Below are positions 1-6,930 of a stretch of 13,701 bases of DNA, piece by piece. The number at the start of each line of letters is the position of its first letter. The stretch's first letter is position 1. The DNA lies in the NCBI GenBank assembly GCA_015523565.1, contig WAKA01000116.1, positions 1-13,701 on the forward strand. Reading direction: 5' to 3'. The position numbers and the translations under genes are program-made. The stretch comes from Candidatus Heimdallarchaeota archaeon. Lineage in GTDB: Archaea > Asgardarchaeota > Heimdallarchaeia > Heimdallarchaeales > Kariarchaeaceae. The notes below the pieces were generated by a model, which was not told the DNA's origin, made no database searches, and worked only from the letters and a program-made list of their open reading frames with translations.

Positions 1-2268
1 GAATTCAGTATCGCCATCCTCAAGTATCATTGGAGAGATATTTTCAGTGGAATTTTCATCATAGGATGCCGATAAGCTTCTAGCATCTTCTAGAGCGTTG
101 TCTTCAATTGTTATAGTCATATCCTCTAAAGAGGACAGTATCCATGATTGGAGAGCATGATATTTTTCAATTACCATGCTTGTATTTTTGGGAAAGGCAA
201 GAAGTACAGCCATCCAATATCGAGCAAAGTCATTCAATTGTGGAATCGACTTAAATGAAAGATAGAGATCTTCAACAAATTTGAATAGTTCAAGAGGGGA
301 GGATATTTTTAGGAGATATGACTTAAAGAAGTTCATTAGAACAAAGACATTTTTGGAATTTTTGATGATGAATTCTTCAACAGCAGGTGTCAGACCAGAA
401 ACAGAAGTTAATCTTTTTTGGATTTTATCATAGGCAGTTTGCGTTATTGAATAATAGCCTGCGTCATCTTCCAATAGTAGATTTGTTTCCACCAATTCGT
501 CCAAAATTGTTTCAATTTTCCTTTCATTTAACCCGTACAATGACAAGTCCAAGGTTACAATGGATCGTATATCCAAAGGAGAACCAATGGAAAAATGAGA
601 AAGCAATACCCACTTATTCCATTCGTCAATAAATTCATCCAAGGTTTCATATTCTAAAGCAAGATTCTCTTCAGCTTCTTCGCCCATGTCCAAAATGGAA
701 TCTCCCTCATCTTTTGTTTCAAGCCAATAAGCTACATTATGCTTCAAAGCAGGGAGATCTTGGTCTGAGAAGGAGTCAATGATTTCCAGAAGTTGACCGT
801 GAACATAGCATACCAGTTTGTCTTCAGTTAATTTTGGGAATGCCATCCCGAAGTCAAAACCAAATTTTCTCCAAATTGACAATGGTTCAATAATTAGATC
901 TGAAAGGTTGAAAAGTTCCTTGACAATTTGTTCGGAAAGGAATTGTGTTTTGAAATTATTGAATTGAAGGATATGGAAAAAAGCTTGGAACCTCATTCTT
1001 GATTTCATGCTGGAAATCTTTTGCCAATCGGGGATTGCCAAAGAATAATTGTGATAACCCTTTATTCTAAGGATATGCAAAACAAGACCAACGGCAATTC
1101 GTTGAAGGGGACTGGCAATAGAACTGCAATCAATGACAATCAATCCGCCTTTTGTGAATTCTGGATTGTCAGGTAATGAAAACATGGGAAGTGCCAAGAA
1201 CTTTTCAAATGACATAAGGAAAAGTTCGAGATCCGTTTCTTGGATACTGATTGAGTTCAGTACATGCGGATTTGTCAACAGATCAGAAAAAGACTTGATA
1301 TCAGGATGGTTAACAAGCCCTTCTTGTATCCATTCAATAATTTGGTATGAGGCGGACAACAGATTCGAGGAATACCCAACTAAAAAGCTCCAAGCCTTGA
1401 AGATGAGATGTGCAAAAGATGCATCAGCTTTCATGAGTTTAAGAAGGTTAAAACCAATGGATTTAGCAGATAAAATTCTCATATTCCGTTTTCTAGCAAT
1501 CTCAGGATGACTTTTCATGAATTTTCGGAATACAAAAGGTTTATTGGTAATGATCATTTCGTTATATGGAATTAAGGGGGTAAGAAGAAGGGAGGAGAGT
1601 GTTTCATAAGGATTTCCAACAATTTCCAATCTTTGGGCTTTGGGGACAAAAATAGCCTTTCCTGCCAAGTTTTTTCCGATAAGGATTGAAGAATCCATTT
1701 GCTGAGGAACAAGGGTACGTTTTGGAGCGTCTACAGGAAGATTTTCCATTATTGAAATCAGTTCGAACACATTTATGCGTCGAGATGAGTTGGGAGGGAG
1801 GAATTTTATAAAATCCTTTGGATCAATTGTAATTTTGAGATCTTGAAGGGAAACAAAGCGAACAACCTTTTGAATGACTGCCGTTTTCAGATAGAATGTG
1901 CAATATTTTCTGAATTCTGTAGATAAGATGTCCATAGGATAAGATATGGGGGCAATTATTGAGAAGGCAATAGATAATATCTTGTTTGCGGGATTGTCAG
2001 GATAAACAAGAAAATGTGTTCTGATACGAACATCATGAGACAGATAGCTATTTTTTATGGTTTTGACTTTGAGGAAAAGTTCATTGATTTGTTTTTTGAG
2101 TGATGAATATACGGAGACAGAGCCTGTAGGAGTTATGCTGATTTTTGTGGGACGGGATTCCGTTTGATAGGTAAGCTTTGAAAAGTCAAGAACAAATATT
2201 TTTAGTTTATATTCTTTTTTGGTTTGACCATTTATTATTTCAAATGGATATATGGAATCGTCATTCAT
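1..2268 (-). CDS. Large protein (>=756 aa, 3'-truncated by the window edge); putative inactive HerA/VirB4-like ATPase domain plus winged-helix domain
   Basis: Not in the ORF track. Manual translation from ATG at 2268 (MNDDSIYPFEIINGQTKKEYKLKIF...) is stop-free to position 1 (...ILEDGDTEF). It contains SILIGKNLAGKAIFV..RLEIVGNP (HerA/VirB4-like lead-in but no GKT/S), SIGFNLL, GGLIVIDCSSI..LQRIAVGLVL, an acidic linker and wHTH-like KIETILDELVETNLLLEDDAGYYSITQTAY. The CDS is well supported; the fold call is inference. Confidence 0.85.
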   Translation of the reverse strand, partial: MNDDSIYPFEIINGQTKKEYKLKIFVLDFSKLTYQTESRPTKISITPTGSVSVYSSLKKQINELFLKVKTIKNSYLSHDVRIRTHFLVYPDNPANKILSIAFSIIAPISYPMDILSTEFRKYCTFYLKTAVIQKVVRFVSLQDLKITIDPKDFIKFLPPNSSRRINVFELISIMENLPVDAPKRTLVPQQMDSSILIGKNLAGKAIFVPKAQRLEIVGNPYETLSSLLLTPLIPYNEMIITNKPFVFRKFMKSHPEIARKRNMRILSAKSIGFNLLKLMKADASFAHLIFKAWSFLVGYSSNLLSASYQIIEWIQEGLVNHPDIKSFSDLLTNPHVLNSISIQETDLELFLMSFEKFLALPMFSLPDNPEFTKGGLIVIDCSSIASPLQRIAVGLVLHILRIKGYHNYSLAIPDWQKISSMKSRMRFQAFFHILQFNNFKTQFLSEQIVKELFNLSDLIIEPLSIWRKFGFDFGMAFPKLTEDKLVCYVHGQLLEIIDSFSDQDLPALKHNVAYWLETKDEGDSILDMGEEAEENLALEYETLDEFIDEWNKWVLLSHFSIGSPLDIRSIVTLDLSLYGLNERKIETILDELVETNLLLEDDAGYYSITQTAYDKIQKRLTSVSGLTPAVEEFIIKNSKNVFVLMNFFKSYLLKISSPLELFKFVEDLYLSFKSIPQLNDFARYWMAVLLAFPKNTSMVIEKYHALQSWILSSLEDMTITIEDNALEDARSLSASYDENSTENISPMILEDGDTEF

Positions 2269-2325
2269 ATTTAAGGGAATTTGGTAAGCCTGCATTTATG
2301 ATAAAAAGAAGGATAGGCATATAAA

Positions 2326-3594
2326 TCAGGACTCAAGTGATTTTGTAAAAAGATGAAAAGATTCTCGGAAACCAAACTTGAATGAAAGCTGTTTTAACAA
2401 ATAAATGACTTTACGACCGAGGTAATCAGGATTTGGAAATATCTGCCAAGGGGATAGACCAATTTGGGATGCAACCCTGTCAACAATTGCTCTTGGATTA
2501 TCTGAAAAACCCCTTTGCTCAAAAATCCGAAGGATTTTCAAATAAATTCTTGGTGGCAGACCGTATCGAAGGATATCATTGCCTAATTGACTAAGCTCAT
2601 ATTTTTGAAATGAATCATTTTGATAAAGTAGGCTTTCCAATAAATTTCGGGGATTTGGGAGACGGTTACTGGGGAACAAAATTCCATTTCTTTGGAGCAT
2701 AGGGAGAATTCCATACCTTTTTGTTACTATTGTATTCTCAGAAAAGGCGACGAGTTTGCCAAAACAATCAAAGACACCGCAAGTGCAAAGTTTTTCAGAA
2801 TTAAGGACATGATATTCAAATACACCTTTACTGTTGGAAAGCACGACCGATATTTTTTCCTTTTCCAATTTTTTTGAAACAATCGAGGTTTGAAAGCCGA
2901 TTTGAAGAAACTGGATTACTTCATGTTCGGTAACAGGACCATAAAGCAATAGATTAGAAGAAGTGGGATCTATTTTTCCCATTGCCAAACAGGCAAGGTC
3001 AAGATATTGCTGGACGGACGGGATTTTTGACATGGCAGTATAATATAAGAGAACCATTGAAAGTGAATCATAAAACAAGTATTGATTGCCAATCATTTGA
3101 AATTTAGCTATCAGGTAATTTTGTTTAGGAAGGGACAATCGAGTGAATTTTGACCAATTTTTCAGAAAGAAGCCATAATGAACAATTCCCCATAGGTTAG
3201 AATCTGGAAGTTTTTCAAGGCAGACACCCTGTTGATTTTCACAACCATCAACAATGGGGACAACATGAAAGTCAGAGGGGGGGATATCAGGAAATTTGCA
3301 GGAACTGTCTACAAAAAGAATCAAATTTCTTTCTCTTGATGAGAGATTACGAATCGGACCATTCCAGACAACAGGAATTTGCAGTTCCCTGCAAAGGTGA
3401 ATGAATGCAATAATTAGTTCATTGATGCTTAATGCAATGATGGAAACAACTAGATTTCGGTCTATGACATCAGGCAAAACGTCTGCAAAGAATTTTTTCA
3501 GGAAAAATGGAGATCTAAGATTGGAAATTGGAAATGAGTCACTATCATCTAAGTTGGCAGAAGACTGTCCTTGTGTAAAATGAACAATTCGCAT
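2326..3594 (-). CDS. 422-aa protein; probable degenerate Hel308/Ski2-like helicase C-terminal region (winged helix) with SWIM-like zinc-finger insertion
   Basis: ATG overlaps the upstream stop (TGATG), with an AGGTG SD 7 nt upstream. YELSQLGNDILRYGLPPRIYLKIL resembles the Hel308 wing/ratchet junction (T-x-LG...Y-h-x-P). SVVLSNSKGVFEYHVLNSEKLCTCGVFDC resembles SWIM. No Walker A or DExH motif. Confidence 0.6.
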   Translation of the reverse strand: MRIVHFTQGQSSANLDDSDSFPISNLRSPFFLKKFFADVLPDVIDRNLVVSIIALSINELIIAFIHLCRELQIPVVWNGPIRNLSSRERNLILFVDSSCKFPDIPPSDFHVVPIVDGCENQQGVCLEKLPDSNLWGIVHYGFFLKNWSKFTRLSLPKQNYLIAKFQMIGNQYLFYDSLSMVLLYYTAMSKIPSVQQYLDLACLAMGKIDPTSSNLLLYGPVTEHEVIQFLQIGFQTSIVSKKLEKEKISVVLSNSKGVFEYHVLNSEKLCTCGVFDCFGKLVAFSENTIVTKRYGILPMLQRNGILFPSNRLPNPRNLLESLLYQNDSFQKYELSQLGNDILRYGLPPRIYLKILRIFEQRGFSDNPRAIVDRVASQIGLSPWQIFPNPDYLGRKVIYLLKQLSFKFGFRESFHLFTKSLES

Positions 3595-4340
3595 CAGATT
3601 ACACCTAGATTTACAAGATCCAAGAATTCTTCGGGGTATTGGTCAGGATTATTGATTATTCGAAGGATACGAGCAGTTCGGAGTTCAAATATGAGGAGAA
3701 AAATTATTTGGAGGTAAGCAATTGTAGAAGCAATATCCAATCCAAAATATGGGATAAACATGATTGAATTAAAAAGAATACCCAACAGCATGAAAAACAC
3801 TAGGGGGTGGTCATGTACAAAAAGGAAAAATAAAACCTGTGCATCATATGGTGTAGGGAGACCAGTGATAAAAATGGAGATCATCAGATAAATTATGAGA
3901 GCATAAGCCGCAATAAGCGGCAAACCGTTGTAAGAAAGGAATTCTGCGATATCATTAAAAAAGATGGCGAAAAAGAATTCAAGGAGAAACAGAACATATG
4001 GGGATAGAATAAAGATCATCTCCTTACTTAACTTTCTGTCAAAATTCACGAAACCATTGGAATAAACACCGTAAAAATTCATCCCAAAGTTTCTACCCAT
4101 ATTTCCTCCAAGAATATGTATCATTGAGGTTCGAACAAATAGTTTCATTAGAGTACCAGGAAAGAAGATCATGTTAAAATAACCTTCAAGTATATCGGGT
4201 TGAATTCCCAAAGGAAACCCAATGATCAAATAAAAGAAGTTAAGGACAAAATAGTGGATAAAAGGAAAAATGAGGAGTAATAAAATAATCAAAAGCTGGA
4301 TTTGAATGAATTTGAAAAGAAGGTCGTAAAGGAATTCCAC
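3594..4340 (-). CDS. Multi-pass membrane protein, 248 aa; putative inactivated M50B/DUF3267-like zinc metalloprotease
   Basis: About 5-6 hydrophobic segments. FFPGTLMKLFVR sits where the family has fPGxxxHExxH, followed by GFV, ILSPY and YLMISIFITGLPTPYD (family hxxSh...PSxxD). GTG start with a TATA-like box 26 nt upstream. Confidence 0.65.
   Translation of the reverse strand: MEFLYDLLFKFIQIQLLIILLLLIFPFIHYFVLNFFYLIIGFPLGIQPDILEGYFNMIFFPGTLMKLFVRTSMIHILGGNMGRNFGMNFYGVYSNGFVNFDRKLSKEMIFILSPYVLFLLEFFFAIFFNDIAEFLSYNGLPLIAAYALIIYLMISIFITGLPTPYDAQVLFFLFVHDHPLVFFMLLGILFNSIMFIPYFGLDIASTIAYLQIIFLLIFELRTARILRIINNPDQYPEEFLDLVNLGVI
3602..3606 (-). promoter_or_regulatory. Shine-Dalgarno site AGGTG
   Basis: 7 nt upstream of ATG 3594, at a TGATG stop/start overlap. 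Confidence 0.6.
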
Positions 4341-4359
4341 AAAAACATAACGTATTTTA

Positions 4360-4376
4360 TTTTTTTAAAAAGGGGA
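4360..4376 (-). promoter_or_regulatory. Putative TATA box for the 248aa-422aa unit, overlapping the upstream stop codon
   Basis: Minus strand TCCCCTTTTTAAAAAAA, with its junction 26 nt upstream of GTG 4340. Confidence 0.5.
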
Positions 4377-4952
4377 AATTAGAAGTTCAGGCACTCGCAA
4401 GTTTTGAAAGATAACAGAAAAGGGAACATTCTGAGTCAAGCCATAAAGGATTTGTTCTTTATTGAATTTTGAAATGACAACAGAAGGGAGTTTTGAGATT
4501 TGCAACCTGAGAATGATTTTTTCGAGAAAAACATGGAAGTCAGGAATATAGACATGCATACTTTCTGGGAAGAGCATGACAAGATATGGGTTGGGAATTT
4601 TGGAATCAGTAAGAAGTTTAGGGAGGTCTATTAGCCTATCCAACACACCCACTTCAGGTAATTGTTTTAGGTTTTCAATCAATGGATAAAAATAAAGATA
4701 ATCCTTGATTGATGTGAGTTTTTCAACATTGATCATGTTGAAAAAGTAAAGGATTATGAAATTGTATTCAATGTTTTTGTAGACTAGTGGGTGGATTCCC
4801 AAAAATATAGGATCTTGCCTTTGTTCACGATAGCTTTCGTCCATCAATTTTTGTGTTTGTTTCAGGGTTTCACATGCTTTTTCCAGCAGAAATGAAATAA
4901 CACCGTCAACATCGGTGGCATGCTTTTTGGATGTTACTATCGTTAATCGCAT
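4365..4952 (-). CDS. Hypothetical protein (~195 aa), possibly an inactive RecA/KaiC-fold P-loop protein
   Basis: Re-started at ATG 4952 (MRLTIVTSKK...). This removes the 77-nt overlap with the helicase and places AATTGTAAAC ~28 nt upstream. Alternating strand/helix pattern; no Walker motifs. Confidence 0.65.
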   Translation of the reverse strand: MRLTIVTSKKHATDVDGVISFLLEKACETLKQTQKLMDESYREQRQDPIFLGIHPLVYKNIEYNFIILYFFNMINVEKLTSIKDYLYFYPLIENLKQLPEVGVLDRLIDLPKLLTDSKIPNPYLVMLFPESMHVYIPDFHVFLEKIILRLQISKLPSVVISKFNKEQILYGLTQNVPFSVIFQNLRVPELLISPF

Positions 4953-5010
4953 GCAGGTTCTATTTTCAAGTATCTTGTTTACAATTGACGTGAGATCTGG
5001 ATTTTTATCA

Positions 5011-6867
5011 TTATTGATTTGAAAACACCTCCTGGATTGTAGGATAAGCATTAAAGAAATTTGAGAGATCATTTTTGAGATTCTCAAGGTTTGTATATTT
5101 GGTTATGACAAAATTTTTGTCGAGGCCGCGAAACATTTCTGCCCGATAGTCAAGAATTGCAAGAGCCCCTTTATCAACACTTGAACGTACGGTTCGACCC
5201 AAAGCTTGAGTGATTAGTTGCATAAGGGGCACAATTTGTTCAAAATTCAGGACAAAGGATGGATTTTCCAAAACATTGGCTAGCAGTCTGGAAACAAATT
5301 TTTGGTCTTCTGAAGGGGTGGCAAAAGGAAGTCCTGCAAAGATAAGGAGACTAAGGAGAGATTTGCCATTCCTTACCAATTGAATTCCTTCAGAGAACTT
5401 CCCAGAAGATATCGCCACTAAGATTACCTTTCCCTTTTTCCTGTCAATTTGCTTTTGCACTTGATGAAGATTGCTGTTTTTTGTTTCAACAATAAGTTCA
5501 AAAGGTGAAACTGATTGCAACATTTCAACCAATTTTTCTTGGAACGCATAAGAAGGACAAACAACCATAGAATGTCGTGGGGAGATATCTACCAATTCGA
5601 GGATGGTTTTTGCCATTTCTTTGAACAAGGTAGGGGTACGTTTAGTTACCTTGCTTGTCAATCCCCTGTATGAAAGGAATGATCTGAAAATATTTTCGGG
5701 GTTTGAAAGGCTTAGATCCATGAGTATTGTAGAATCATCATTGAAACCAAACATCTTGGCAAAAATGTGAAGTGGGCGAAATGTTCCACTCATATAAACT
5801 TGGAGATTCGCATTGGACAGCCTACTCAGCCATTGATCGGGGGAAACACGGATAAAGGTGAGGGAATTGGGTTTTGTGACAATATAGCCAGAATTCCGGA
5901 GTCTAAGAAATCGTTTCATTTGTAATACCTCTTCAGAACTCAGAAAGGAAAAAATGGATTGATCACCTTCAGAATCAGTAAGATCTAGAGAGTGCTCCAA
6001 GTCATTCCACATATATTCTTCTCCCAATTCAGAAGGATGGATCAACTTCAGTTCACCAAATGATTCCTTTAAAGCCGATATCAATGGATGGTTTCCAATT
6101 TCCTTTTGTACAAAGGCAATGTCTTTCATAGTGATGGTTTCCCTGACAGTATTTGCCAGATTGTGAGCCTCATCAACAACAATGATGGCGTTATCAAGAC
6201 CTATGCCCAAAGATTGAAGCATATGGGAAAACAATGGTTCCCAAAGGTATGAGTATGTAGTGACTATGATTTTAGCCACTTTCAACATGGAATGTTGCAT
6301 ATAGTAAGGGCATTGATCCTGTTTAAGTTTGAATAGAATGGTTCGAAAATATTCTGGGGATGGATTATAAGAGAGTTTTATATTGGTGGGGAGAAGATAC
6401 CTTTCCCCTTCAGGTTTCTGTGAAGTCTTGCTTGGATGGAAATTGCAGGGAAGCATATGACAAAGGATACCTACAGCTTCCGCGGGAATATTGATATCCT
6501 TTTCATTTGTTTTGTCCAGAATGCGACAGAGTCTTTTTTTGCCTAGATAAGGCATGATAAACGGTACTTTTTTGGATTCGAGTGATTGAAGGGGATTGGG
6601 TTGAAGAAGAACCTTCCATTCTCTTAGAAAGGAACTTATTTGGGAGATTGTTCTGCAGAATACAATGATTTTTTGATCCTTTTCCATCCGTGCCAAGGCA
6701 GCGGCCAAAACAGCAATGGTTTTTCCTGCGCCAGTGGAGTTGTGCACCAATATTTTGGAGCCAGGTTTTGCCAATGCAATAGCTTCCATCATTTTTACTT
6801 GCGATGAAGTGGGAGTGGGATATGGAAACAATTCCCTCACTTTTTTGAGTTTTATGGATAACGCCAT
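5011..6867 (-). CDS. xpd: XPD/Rad3/DinG-family 5'-3' DNA helicase with 4Fe-4S cluster
   Basis: Q motif FPYPTPTSSQ, Walker A STGAGKT, Ia CRTISQ, four FeS cysteines (GKKRLC, ILC, PCNFH, CPYY), II DEAHN, III MSGT, IV CPSY, V GKFSEGI and AGLPF, VI QALGRTVR, then LDYR. ATG 6867 is preferred; TTG 6900 is the alternative start. Confidence 0.93.
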   Translation of the reverse strand: MALSIKLKKVRELFPYPTPTSSQVKMMEAIALAKPGSKILVHNSTGAGKTIAVLAAALARMEKDQKIIVFCRTISQISSFLREWKVLLQPNPLQSLESKKVPFIMPYLGKKRLCRILDKTNEKDINIPAEAVGILCHMLPCNFHPSKTSQKPEGERYLLPTNIKLSYNPSPEYFRTILFKLKQDQCPYYMQHSMLKVAKIIVTTYSYLWEPLFSHMLQSLGIGLDNAIIVVDEAHNLANTVRETITMKDIAFVQKEIGNHPLISALKESFGELKLIHPSELGEEYMWNDLEHSLDLTDSEGDQSIFSFLSSEEVLQMKRFLRLRNSGYIVTKPNSLTFIRVSPDQWLSRLSNANLQVYMSGTFRPLHIFAKMFGFNDDSTILMDLSLSNPENIFRSFLSYRGLTSKVTKRTPTLFKEMAKTILELVDISPRHSMVVCPSYAFQEKLVEMLQSVSPFELIVETKNSNLHQVQKQIDRKKGKVILVAISSGKFSEGIQLVRNGKSLLSLLIFAGLPFATPSEDQKFVSRLLANVLENPSFVLNFEQIVPLMQLITQALGRTVRSSVDKGALAILDYRAEMFRGLDKNFVITKYTNLENLKNDLSNFFNAYPTIQEVFSNQ

Positions 6868-6916
6868 GCTTGATATTTGGATCACCCGAAAAGGTGACAA
6901 TGAAAAGTATGCTACA

Positions 6917-6930
6917 TTTTTAAAACGGGA
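6917..6930 (-). promoter_or_regulatory. Putative TATA box for xpd
   Basis: Minus strand TCCCGTTTTAAAAA directly after the polB stop. Confidence 0.45.

Noticed and set aside
1-6. Window begins with GAATTC and ends with GATC
   Set aside because: Common short sites; GAATTC is in-frame coding sequence (Glu-Phe). No biological inference is possible.
387-1510. Plus-strand ORFs 387-632 and 1133-1510
   Set aside because: They lie antisense within the long minus-strand gene 1-2268 and have no recognisable motifs.
2295-2305. Palindrome TTTATGATAAA upstream of the left-edge gene
   Set aside because: It is at a plausible promoter distance but is short, AT-only in its arms and not repeated, so it is expected by chance.
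2692-3583. Plus-strand ORFs 2692-2877 and 3401-3583
   Set aside because: Short antisense shadows of the 422-aa gene.
4953-5087. N-terminal 45 aa of the 240-aa ORF call
   Set aside because: It overlaps the xpd 3' end; ATG 4952 has a suitably spaced TATA-like element.
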